DNA from: Takakia lepidozioides
Taxonomy: Eukaryota; Plantae; Bryophyta
Length of the DNA: 64,000 nt
Direction of reading: 5' to 3'
Assembly (NCBI GenBank): GCA_030704615.1
Contig: JAKLZA010000295.1
Span: 1 to 64,000 of the forward strand
Part shown: positions 10,481-22,279 of the stretch, in pieces
Layout of the letters: every line of letters starts with the position of its first letter
How positions within the stretch are numbered: position 1 is the stretch's first letter
Translations under genes and position numbers: made by a program
Notes under the pieces: generated by a model
What the model was told of the DNA's origin: nothing
Database searches by the model: none
What the model saw: only the letters and a program-made list of their open reading frames with translations

Positions 10481-11800
10481 CGGCGCGCCAAATTCCCTCA
10501 CGCAGGTAATTCGCAGGCGGATGGATGGAAATCCGGGGCCGGATTTCATCCGCAAGGTTGGGCGGAGAGCGGATGGATGGAGATCCGGCGCCGAATTTCC
10601 ATCCTGCAGGTAATTCGAATCCCGGATGGATGGAAATTCGGCGCCGTATTTCCATCCAGCAGGTAAGTGGAACCCGGATGGATCGAAATCCGGCGCCGAA
10701 TTTCCATCCAGCAGGTAAGTCGGATCGCTGGCGTATGGATATTCGGCGCCGAATTTCCATTCGCCAGGTATTTCATCGCTCAGAATTACCTTCCTGCAGG
10801 TAATTCTGACCTTCATCGGTCAGAATTACCTTTCATCGATCAGAATTAAGGTAATTCTGAGCGATGAAATACCGGGTGAATGGAAATTCGGCGCCGAATA
10901 TCCATACGCCAGCGATCCGACTTACCTGTTGGATGGAAATTCGGCGCCGAATTTCCATCCATCCGGGATTCGAATTACCTGCAGGATGGAAATTCGGCGC
11001 CGGATTTCCATCCATCGGGGATTCGAATTACCTGCAGGATGGAAATGCGGCGCCGGATTTTCATCCATCCGGGATTGCACTTACCTGCTGGATGGAAATT
11101 CGGCGCCGAATTTCCATCCAGGGGATGGTCTCTATCGGAGAGGTGCCGGCCTCTCCGCCGCTCTGTTGGATATTCGGTGCCGAATTTCCGTCCGGGGTTG
11201 AAATATGACGGCCAGGTGCCGACCTCTCCCTCCTCCCCGACTGCATTGGAACGGCCCCGGATTGAAATTCGGCGCCGTTTTCCCATCTGGGGAGGTTTTT
11301 ATGTCGGCCAGTTTTTGGTTTGACCCCCCGACACGACTTCCTTTGGGGGGGCCCGGATGGAAATTCGGCGCCGAATCTCCATCCAGGGGATGCTCTCTGT
11401 CGAACACGTGCCGACCTCTACGCCCGAGGCGACTTCATCCGGGCGTCCCCTGCTCGATATTCGGTGCCGAATTTCCGTCCGGGGGTTGAAATGTGACGGC
11501 CAAGTGCCGGCCTCTCCCCCCTCCCCGACTGCATCCGAACCGCCCCGGATGGAAATTCGGCGCCGTTTTTCCATCTGGGGATGTTTTTATGCCGGCCAGT
11601 TTTCAGCCTGACCCCCGACACGACTTCGTTTGGGGGGGCCCGGATGGAAATTCGGCGCCGAATCTCCATCCAGGGGATGTTCTCTGTCGCACACGCGCCG
11701 GCCTCTGCGCCCGAGGCGACTTCATCCGGGCTTCCCCTGTTGGATATTGGGTGCCGAATTTCCATTTGGGGTAGTAATATGACGGCACGGTGCCGGCTTC
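10481..11800. repeat. Array of palindromic GAAATTCGGCGCCGAATTTC units: foldback centred ~10820, then ~265-287-bp tandem units
   Basis: 10715-10790 is the reverse complement of 10850-10926; higher-order units start at ~11090, 11355 and 11642. Confidence 0.85.
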
Positions 11801-12067
11801 TCCCCTTCAGCCGTCATCATCCGGACGGCCCCCCACTTTCTGACTGCATACCTTTGGCAGTTATTGCGCAAAGACCAGGGGCCGCATTCCGGAGACAAGG
11901 TTCATTAACACTCTGACTGTGGATTTTTGAGATAGTTGGCTCCCTGGATTTGGATCAGGCTTCGTCACTCGGACAAATCGGCATCGCATTCATTCCCATC
12001 GCTGCATCCCCTTCTACCAGGGAGCTTCCCCGCACGCCATCCTGGCAGTCTTGTGTGCACATCTCCC

Positions 12068-15000
12068 ATGGCGGAAAACCCGAGCGCTACAGTGTACTGC
12101 CCTCCTCACGAGCATAGAGCTTCATTTCCGTGCAGAGGGGACATCTGCCGGGTGATGGAGAAATATCTGTGCGTTCGATACCACCTGAAACGGGGTCGGT
12201 TTTTTTTGGAGGAAATGAAGGACTCTAACGGCCTTGTTGTCGAGAGTATTGTTGTGCTCCACGATGATTTCGGCGATGACAGGGAATGGCGAGTTCCACC
12301 ATCGGACAGCGTCATATACAAGGCTGTTGGGGACTTCATTTGCCCGCCAAATGCACCTTCTATCCTGGCGCCTTCCACGAAACAATCCGCGAATCAGAGA
12401 GTGGTTACCTCAAAGAGAGAAGTCCGCAACGAAGTAAATCCAGAGCCGAACCCATCCATGAAGACGAGCGAGAACCGGGTTGTTCACAACCTGTCCGACT
12501 CAGACGAGGTCATGGAAGTTCCGAGGTCGTCCTGGAGATCAGGCAAGTCCTCAATGGACGTCAGTGGAGGAGGGAGTTATATCCCAGCACGAGCACCGCT
12601 GTTCAATCTATTCTTGAAATTCTGCGAGGGCTTCACTTGGAGGGACACCGGTCGGAGCTGGCCGGGCTGGACTACAGCAAGTTCGCAATTAAATCGGTTA
12701 CATGCCTTCCCGCCGACGTCGACGGTAATATCTTCTTTGAGTTCCCTCCTCGGGCGGACTACTCGAGGGCGTTCGGAATGTTGACAGATATGGATAGAAA
12801 ACATGACGGTCATCCTTGGTGCGTTACCAAAACCACCAACATGAAGATGCTTGATGGTGTGCGGGTGCGCTACGTTGTTTGTGCGGGCGCGTTGCGGTGT
12901 TTCTCCCCAACTTGCTTCCACTTTAAATCCAGAGGTCACAGGAACGAGACCGATTGGACAGGCACAACTCATCAACCATTTCGAGCTCAGGAGAAGGTTC
13001 CGAACTCCACATTTAAGTGTGCACATTGCAAAGAACCACCACACTGCATGTCTGTTTGTAATGCCAAGCAGTTCTATGTGTTGCACCGTTTCCCTGACCT
13101 CATCCGAGCTTGCATACACGTTGGTTCCCATTGTCACAAATTGACGAGGGGGAACTCGCGGGAGGCTGCCCACGAGGCAGAGCAGCTCGTTCAGGAGGAG
13201 ATTAAGTTGAGACCGGGTGCCAAACCCAAACAGATACAGCTCCAAGCCGCCCATAAGATGGCATTGGCCAGAATTATGTTGGAACACGGCTCCGATAGAG
13301 TTCCTCTCGACGAGAAGGAAATGGAGGCATTGCTGGAGTCGGTGTCCCACGTATGTTCACCGAATGTCCGAAACCACATTGTCTCATGCAAAACAGAAAA
13401 TTGTGCGTGGCTCGGATATGCACTCCATTCTAGAGGTGAAGTGACGATGTGGATATGACTACATTCATGGAAATGGTTCCAAGACAAGGGACTGAGGCAG
13501 ATCGTTGTTTCGTATTCAAAATGTCCACGTGTGGACCTGGCAGCGGCGTCGAACTGGTCGACAGGATGACGAGTGGGAACTTGTCAAACAGTTGGGTCAT
13601 GTTTGACCATATCAAGCGAATTACAAATCACCAGTGGGTGACAATGGGTGCACATGTCTACGACACCCACTGCAGGATGCTAATGACAATTGCTATTTGT
13701 GAGATGAAAGGAGATGACACACAATTGGAGATGCTTCTTTGGCAGGGAATAAACGAACAGATGGCCAAGGCGGGATTGCCCCCTCCGAATTTCCGTGGTT
13801 TCATGGCGGACAACGCACAAGCAAATTGGGCTGCCATCCAAAGGGTGTACGGGCAAGACCCCAATGTTCCCATGGAAGGCAAGGAGAGATCTTGTGGGTT
13901 CCATTTTCTGCAGAGCCTTTCGCAGTACACAACCAGGCTCGTGGCGCCAGATTTCAGAGAGGAGCACCGTTCCATGTGCCTTGCGTGGAAGCGCGCTCCC
14001 ACCTTGGATGATGCAGAGACACAGTTTGCATGCATACGGGCTTGGTGGACATCGTCAGGTGCTGTAAGGAAATCAGACGAGGGAGCAATGGTCAGTTGGC
14101 TGGCATGGTGGCATTATCGTTTCCTCCAGTTCGGCGACTATATGCGGGAGGTGAGTTGCACGAATTCGCGTCCCGTTGAATATATTCTTGGCCATATTTG
14201 TAACTTGCTTGTAACCTCAACATGTGCTTGTGCAGGAAATGTGTCTCGACTCCGACACCGACATGCCCACGACAAACATGGCCGAATCAGTGCACTCTTC
14301 CTGGCGTGCCTCCTCTGCAGCGCATCTGGTGGACATCCTCACTGTCACAACGGAGGACATTGTGAGGTCAATTATGCAGCAATGCAGGTACAACGAGTTC
14401 TTGAAAGGGAAATAGTGGGGCTTGGGGCCGGACAGGCAGGAAATGCTGATGCGGACCGCCTCTAGATCGAAGAATCCTCGGAAGTGGGCGGCGGCCTTGC
14501 GAGAGGGCCTTCGGGACACGCCATTGCTGCGAAGAGGCCAACATTTGGAAGGAGATGTTCATACCCGTCCAGTGAGACGAAGACTTGACGAGGCACCTGG
14601 CGGAGAAGAGGATTCATGGCGAGCTGACAAGAATATTCGCACGCTCCCTCGTGGTCCGGTGATGTTGCCCGAGGAGGTCTCGTCGAGCACCGCAAGTCCT
14701 GCACGTTCAAGATCGCCATCTCCTTTGAGCACAGGGCGCGTGCCCCGGCAACATAACGAGCCATCTGTAGTAAAGCAATACAACATTCCCATTGTGGAGA
14801 CAAGAGTGTCGGAGTCACAGTGGAGAATTGCGAGGACATTGCCGGCATTTCGAGGGAAGTGCTGCGCCATCCGGGTGGATACGAGAGCACGTTGTGGTGA
14901 GATGATTCGGAGGAACCCACACGGTGCTGTACCTGCACCTTGTTTCAGCGGCAGATTTTTGACTCCCACATTTGCTCACGCCACAACGCAGACATTTTGG

Positions 15001-15652
15001 TTCTGTAGGCACGACATAATGACCTGTGTATTTGGCAAGCCCAAGTACGGGATTCAGGGAATGCCAGAGCCTCCGGGCGTCTGGCCTGTTGCACCGGATT
15101 GCAGCCTCTCTCAGAATGAGGCGGATGCTCTATCTGCAGCAGGATTTTGAATGGTGCAACGCACAGACATCCCGGCCCACGCATTTCCGGTTCCTCAGAC
15201 CCAGCCATTGCAGACTGCTCGGTCCAGTAGAGACGGATTGGACAATTCTGCACATCCACAATGCGATTCGGAAGAGTGAAGAGACGACACCCTCCCAACA
15301 AGTTGAATGAGACTCTGATTGCAATGCTCTTGGGATGGCTTGCACTATTCAGAGCTCCCTGGACGTACCCCCACCCGGCCTTGGGCGTGTGTATCGGATG
15401 GCAACGGCCGGCTCGGCTGTACGCGACGATGTATACACAATTACGATTGGAGTGGAGCCGACTTGCAATTGTACGGACTTCTCGTTGATGGAAGCAAAGA
15501 AGGGTTCGAAGTATTATCCGTGCAAGCATCTGTATAACATCTACCTGAAGAGGTTGAGGATGAACGTGACTATTGATGACTTTATTCATGCACCGGCGTT
15601 GAGCGTGAACGAGCTGCACAAACTCCTCCTTAGGGATTCCAGAAATCATTGA
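12068..15652 (+). pseudogene. Mutator/MULE-like transposase A (GCM-like Zn domain, DDE core, Cys-rich domain, SWIM); intron 14151-14235
   Basis: CAGALRC..C / CAHC..C / H..H cluster; WVMFDH (D1), FMADNA (D2), SCGFH (CxxH), TNMAESVH (E); SWIM PTCNC..YPCKHLY; GT-AG intron; stops at 14413 and 15148 plus frameshifts. Confidence 0.8.
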
Positions 15653-15789
15653 TGGGGCAAACGGAATCCTCCATATGGATATTTTCAAATGCATTTTGCT
15701 GTATCAGACTTTTTTTGCAGTGTAATGAAAAACTCCTGGAATGAGGCAATATTCCATTCAAACTGAGATCCAACAGAAGCAGTTGTGGG

Positions 15790-16160
15790 GCCATTTCTGG
15801 AAAAATGGCGCCGAATTTCTCTTTTTGGGGCCGAAAACTGGCTAAGTCCCAACATGCACTGGTACAGTGTCTGGAAAAATGGCGCCGAATTTCTCTTTTT
15901 TGGGCCGAAAACTGGCTAAGTCCCAACATGCACTGGTACAGTGTCTGGAAAAATGGCGCCGAATTTCCCTATTTTGCGCGCCGAAAACTGGCTAAGTCCG
16001 AACATGCACTGGAAAAATGGCGCCGAATTACCTGTCATGAGGGGACCTATAGCCGCGGAATTCGGCACCATTTTTCGCCAGAGAGACCTATTACCGCGAA
16101 ATACGTCGCCGTTTTTTCAGGTTACGGACCCTATTACCGCGAAATTCGGCGCCATATTTG
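15790..16160. repeat. ~74-bp tandem units containing AAATGGCGCCGAATTT
   Basis: Three near-copies of CTGGAAAAATGGCGCCGAATTT...AAAACTGGCTAAGTC..AACATGCACTGG, followed by isolated motifs. Confidence 0.85.
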
Positions 16161-16329
16161 CACATGTCGCTGGGAATTGGCATGAGCGGAAGACAAAATA
16201 TCATGAGCACAACTGTCAAAACTGCAATTTTCCCTTCAAGGGGCCGAATAATATATTTGTTTTTCCTGACACATTGCATTAAATTATTGTTTTTTTTATT
16301 GTTTTTTTATTTTCGAAATTTGTACTTCT

Positions 16330-16640
16330 GCTCATGAAAACCGATTGTCTTACTACTCTGCTCATGCCGCTCATGCTCATGAAATAGCAAACCTCACAAT
16401 GACCCTAGGGGTCCTGGGGGGTTGCTATTCCATGAGCTCATGAGCGGTGAGCTCATGAGCTCATGAGCGGGCATGGCTAACCCATGAGCCGCAAAGTAAC
16501 ACACTTCGAATTTCGGCAGATTTTTTTTCGGGCCAAAAACTATAAAATAATCAAAAATCGAAGATTTCCGCGCTCATGCTGGAAGCACTCCGCTCATGAG
16601 TACCAGTGTACGCTCATGACTTGGAGCCCAGGCTCATGGA
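16330..16640. repeat. GCTCATG/CATGAGC cluster with central hairpin (~16376-16437)
   Basis: CTCATGAAATAGCAA ... TTGCTATTCCATGAG arms; many CTCATG/CATGAG copies on both sides. Confidence 0.7.
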
Positions 16641-16674
16641 CCGCCAGGCTAGGTCATAGAATAACTGAATTCTG

Positions 16675-17150
16675 GGCAATAACGGCACCGAAATTATCCC
16701 AGAGGCAGAGACGCAAGCGGAATTAGGATCCGGGTTTGCAGACTCCGAAAACGCAATGGCGACCTATAACCGTGGATAGTACTATTGCAGAAGTGCAGGA
16801 TGGTTGGGTATAACGACGCCGTAATTGGGCACAGGAAAAGAAATAGCGGGCTGAAGGCTCGGGAGTGAAGCCAACAACGGTGAAAGTAATTGGGCTCCGC
16901 CAACCAAATACCCGGCTGGATCTCCGGAGTGCAGGCGATAACGGCGCCGAAATGGGCCCCGGAAACCAAATACTCGGCTCAAGCACCGGAGTGCAGCCGA
17001 TAACGGCGCCGAAATTGGGTCCGGAAACCAAATACCCGGCTGAAGGCTGGGGATTGCAACCAATAACGGCGCCGAAATTGACCTGCGGAAACAAAATTCT
17101 CGGCTGAAGCTTCCGCACTCCATGTAATAACGGCGCCGAAATTGGGCGTC
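16675..17150. repeat. ~59-bp units containing TAACGGCGCCGAAATT
   Basis: Copies at ~16680, 16940, 17000, 17063 and 17128. Confidence 0.85.
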
Positions 17151-17265
17151 GGAGAGCAAATACCCGCCTTACGGTGAGGGAGGCCTTGCTCTCATTTTGC
17201 TCTTCACTCTTCTCTGTTGTGCCCATCTCCTCCCTGCTTTGAGTTCGTGCTGTGTTGTGAGGCCA

Positions 17266-18184
17266 TGTCGTGCCCGAATCACATCTATCGACGCCAGACG
17301 GGAGTCATTTTCCCGAAAGCAGACGACATCATTGTCTTCCTGGATGTTTACAGGGACGATCCTCGACTTGTCCAGCTGAGAGCAATGGAGTTTCTTGCAG
17401 GATTGCACGATTCTCCTGGACCCCGGCTAGGGAGCAGGTGGTTCCTACGCATCATGGACCTGGACTTTCCGCATGTGTGGGAGCAAACAGATCACGCACA
17501 GCGTTGCTGTATCGCTGGAATTGTTGCGAGTGGACGTATGATGAGTGCATAGGTGAAAACTTTACGCGTGGACGGACTGGCTCGGAAAGTGGGGACATTC
17601 TCTTCAGTTATGAGGATGAGGAGGAGGGGAACACAGGGCCCACTGTGAAAATGTCCTTCTACCAGGGGGCGCTATCGATAAACACGACATCCTCGTTAGT
17701 TTCAACCGGGCGACAGAAACCACTGACATTTTGTTCAAATATAGGCACCCGGTCACTGAGGAGTCCTTGAGAGGCCAGTTCGAGTTCCTTCTTCTTGGGC
17801 GAGGGGACCATAGGTCTTGCATGCTAGAGTAGACATGTTTCAACTCGTTGACACTCATGGCACATACATTTTCATTCAGAAATCAAGCAGCTTCCCTGTG
17901 CCATATGGGGAATATACATGCTTCGATAATCTTCTGTTAAGGTTTTTTGCAATTCACTGCCAGTATGCTGGGACGTGTCCTTTGTCGTATGGATTGCTGT
18001 TTGCACAAGGTGCAGTATGCAAATGCTGGAATGTGCAGTAGGACCCTTCCCACTGGGACACAGAACTAGCAATCTTGTAAAGGCATCACATTTGCAGAAC
18101 AGTAACAATGTATTTGTAGCAAATTGGAGTCTTCTCATAAAGGTGGACGAAAACCGGATGGGCTGCGAAATCACTACAAATTGA
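17266..18184 (+). CDS. Putative orphan accessory gene, frameshifted and possibly spliced
   Basis: Overlapping ORFs MSCPNHIYRRQTG..., ...WNCCEWTYDECIG... and GPFPLGHRTSN...; converges on transposase B. Confidence 0.35.
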
Positions 18185-18492
18185 AGGAAGAGCAGTAACA
18201 AGGAAGCACTATGCAGTACACAGACCATAAATGGCGCTGAAATAGGCCCAATGCCCGTTAATCTCCACACAATGTATGCTTTACTCGGATCCATTTGTAG
18301 ACAACCAAAATAAAAAAAGCATGCGCATGCCATTCATGGCCAAAAACCACATTCTCATGTATTGCGGCACCAAAATTCACCTGTAGCCATGGCGATGCGG
18401 CACCACCAAGTGTATAATTCCTCACAAAAAAATAGGGTGCAAGAAGATGAATGTAATATAATTGCCACTTTCTCCTTCCCGAATGTGGAATG

Positions 18493-21400
18493 TCAAGCAG
18501 TCCGACCAGTATCCTGCCGTAGGGCCTTGTGCAGCTCGTTGAAACTCAGTGTTGGAGCATGGATGAAGACGTCCACTGCGGATATGCAACTCATGCGCTT
18601 CATAAAAATGTAATAAAGGTGTTTGCAGGGACGTATGCTGCATTCTTCGATTCCATAACAAGGAAGTCCTCACAGTTGCAAGCTGGGTACTGTGAAACCG
18701 TGATTGCATACACGACACTGCGCGCAGCAGACCCGGCTGTTGACAACTGAAATATGCGCCCCATCCCGGGGTGAGGAACATCCCTGCAACCTTGCACTAT
18801 GCAGGGCATTGCAAGAGCGTTGGCCATCCTGGTGTCGTTCGCCTTTGTTGGTGGCCGCCGTCTTTTCAGTTTCCCCCACCGATGGGTGGGCCAAGCTGCG
18901 GGGTCACCCACCGGTATGCGGGGCGAAGAGCTTCTCGTGGGAGGAGGATGACGATTGGGAATTGGATTTCGTGGAACGTCTGTCCTCTCCACCAGTCGAA
19001 ACCCTGCACTTCCTAGAGCGTCTGCCTCCTCCAGGGTAAGATCTGTACCACTTGCCACAGGCCAGACTGCCGGTGGTTCAGGCATGCCTTGTACACCATA
19101 CTTGGGCTTGCCGAACACACACGACATGATGTCGTGCCTGCAGAACCAAAACTCCTTCAGTGTGGCCTCCACAAACTTTGCGCACACAAATCTCCCTGTG
19201 AAGCAAGGGGCAGGCACACCGCCCTGCGGGCTCCTCCGAATCATCTCATTGCATCTCTGGTTGGTGTCGACACGAACAGCACAACATTTGCCACGAAATG
19301 TCGGACGGGTCCGTGCAATTCTCCACTGCGAGGCCGACACATCTCGCTCCACGATTGGAATGTGTATTGGGTAACGAAAACAGGAGGAGCAACATGCCCA
19401 TCCTCGGCATGTTGTCCCGAGTCTGGCAGCGATTCCATGGATGCTGCAGGAGAGGGGGTACGAGTCCTGCTTCGTGGAGGCGTGGGACGCAACATCGTTG
19501 CGCCCCGAGGTTGAGTGCGGATGTTCATATCTGATCTCCATGAATCCCCATCCCCTCCGGGCATGTCCTCAATTCTTCTCTTCACCGGCCGGCTGCGGAC
19601 ATCGCCCTCCAGGCAGTTCCCCCGACTGTGTAACGGCGTTGACCTTATTGTTTCCCGCAATGCAGCAGTCCATTTTTTGGGATCGGTCGAACGATGCGCC
19701 GCCCTCAATCAGCATCTCCTGCCTGTCTGGTCCGATACCCCATTGCTTTCCTCCCAGAAACTGGTAGTAATGAGATTGTTGCATGATGGCCCTCACAATA
19801 TCTTCTGTTGTTGCTGTCAACATGTCAACGAGATGTGCTGCAGAGGAAGCACGCCAGGAAGAGTGCACCGATTCGGCCATGTTCGTCGTCGGCATATCCG
19901 TGTCATCCTCCAAGCTCATGTCCTGTTGAAGGAAATTAGATATGTCACTGATTGTGGAGAATGTCCAAGCACAAAACAGAACAATTGTCAAGTACAGAAA
20001 TGTGTTACCTGTCTCATGTAGTCTCCAAACTGGCGGAATCTATAATGCCACCACGCAAGCCACGTTTGCAGTTCTGGCTGATCTTTCACATCCACTGCCC
20101 CTGAAGACACCCACCAGGCGCGTATGGTTGCAAACTCGGTCTCCGCCTCGTCGATGGAATTCGCATTTTTCCACGCTAGGCACATACTGATATGATCCTG
20201 CCGGTGGCGTGACGCCACGAACCTTTTCGTGTTTTGCGTCAAACTCTGCATGAAGTGGAACCCGCAAGATCTCTCTTTCCTTCCATTGAGTCTTTGGGTC
20301 GTCCCCATATACCCTCCTAACTGCAGCCCAGTTTGCCTGGGCATTGTCAGCCATGAAGCCCCTAAAATCGGGAGGGGCAACTTGGCTCTCGCCATTTGCT
20401 CATTAATTCCGCGCGCACATATGCAACTCCGAATCTGTGTCTTCTCCCTTCATTTCGCAGATAGCAATGGTCATCAACTTTCTGCAATGTGGGTCGTATA
20501 CATGTGCCCCCATTGTCACCCAATCGTGGTTGGTAATTCGCCGGATGTGGTCGAACATGACCCAACAATTTGAAGGTCTCCACTGGTCATCCGCTTCACC
20601 AAATCGACGCCGCTCCCCGGTCCGCACGTTGACATCTTAAATATGAAGCACCTGTCCGTCTCCGAGCCTTGACCAGGAAAGAAGCTGCCTTGGATGAAGT
20701 CGTAGCCGCATGTGCGCTTTCACTTCCAAGATGGAGTGCATGTCTGATCCTCTTCCGATTCGTTTTCTTGCAGCTGACAATGTGGTTCCTGACATTGGGG
20801 CTGCACACATGGGAGACAGCTTCCAGCAGGTCCTTCATGTCCCCCTCGCCCAGCTTCTCTCTTGTGCTTCCGTCCTCCGACATTATTCTGCCAATTGCAA
20901 TCCTATGTGCCGATGCGAGCTGTATCTGCTTTGGTTTTGCACCCGGCCTCAACCTCACCTCCTCCTTGATAATATCCTGGGCTTGTTGAAAAGCGACTCT
21001 GCAATTGCCTCTGGCGAGGGGGTGCTCATGCTTTCCGATGTGAATGCATGCTCTGGTGCACGCTGGGCCGACGGTCCCGACGTAGTACTGCTTGGCGTTG
21101 CACACTGCCATGCACGTAGGGGCTGCGTTGCAATGGGCACACTTGAACGTCCCTGCAGGAACTCTACCTTGAGGCCAAAATGGGGTCGACGAATTGCCAA
21201 TCCAGTCAGTCTCATTCCTGGTGCCTTTGCTAGTGTAATGGTAACATGTGCTCGAGAAACATTTAAGATGCCCAGCACACAATACATATCTCACTCGAAC
21301 TCCATCACCCAGGTTGGACGATGAAGTTTTGGTGACACACCAAGGGTGGCCGTCATGTTTCCTGTTCATTCCTGCGAGCATGCCGTCTGGGCCTGCGCCT

Positions 21401-22092
21401 GCCGGCACTGGAGGGAACTCGTAGATAGCATTCCCATCCACAACATCAGGCAAAGTTTCCACAGAATGGATTGGAGTTTTGTCGTAATCAAGCCTAAGAA
21501 GGTCACTGGAGCGGGAACCCGTTGTCTTCATCCTCCGCAATATGTCGATTACTGAGCGGACGGAAGTTGAGTCGGACGGTGTATGCTGAACACTCCTAGT
21601 GACGGACGACTTCGAAACATACGATGGAAGGACCATACAGTCTTCATCGTCACTGGATAAGTCGTGGACGACTGTTTCCCTGTTTTCCTGGATTTTCCCT
21701 TTTCACATGTTTGGGCTTCTCTGCTTGTGAAGAGGTGCCCACATCCTTCACATCTTGCACGCCAGACCCTCTTGTGGAAGGAGGATCAACCAAGTTCCAG
21801 CGTGGGAACTCTTTAGGCACGATTTCACCAATGGCACTGTACCGGATGGATTCAGAAGCTGGGAGCCGCCACTCTTTGCCTTTTCCGAAATCTGCATGCA
21901 GAATGACGGCACTTTCCAGAAAATTTCCATAAGCATCCTTCGTCTCCTCTTCCAAAACACCGTTCCAGGGCGGAGCCCGAACTTCACACACAAGTACTGC
22001 TCAGTGACAATCGCAAATCCTTGGTCGCAGGGTATTTTAGCTTTCAGAGAATCAGGATGGAAGTACACGTTGACCCAAACACGGGAGTCCAT
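18493..22092 (-). pseudogene. Mutator/MULE-like transposase B, paralogue of A; intron 19923-20008
   Basis: RKHDGHPWCVTKT, CAGHLKC, CAHC, WVMFDH, MADNAQANW, SCGFH, TNMAESVHSSW, SWIM PACNC..CKHLY; intron at the same position as in A; several frameshifts. Confidence 0.8.
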
Positions 22093-22279
22093 TTTGAAGA
22101 CGGGACCTCTCGGTACGCTCCGCAGCGAAGTCCTGCAATGAGAAGAGTGTGTCCTACCTAATAACACAAATGATTTTCTGGAGGATTCCGTATCCAACAT
22201 GATGGGTGATCAGTGCACGTAAAGATGAAGGTGTGTAACGTACGTTAAAAAAACGGACGAGAACAGCAAGTTCACATCG

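Noticed and set aside
10277-11916. Many overlapping ORFs with MEIRRRISI/WKFGAEF repeats (also 15.8-17.2 and 22.5-23.8 kb)
   Set aside because: Translation by-products of stop-poor palindromic repeats.
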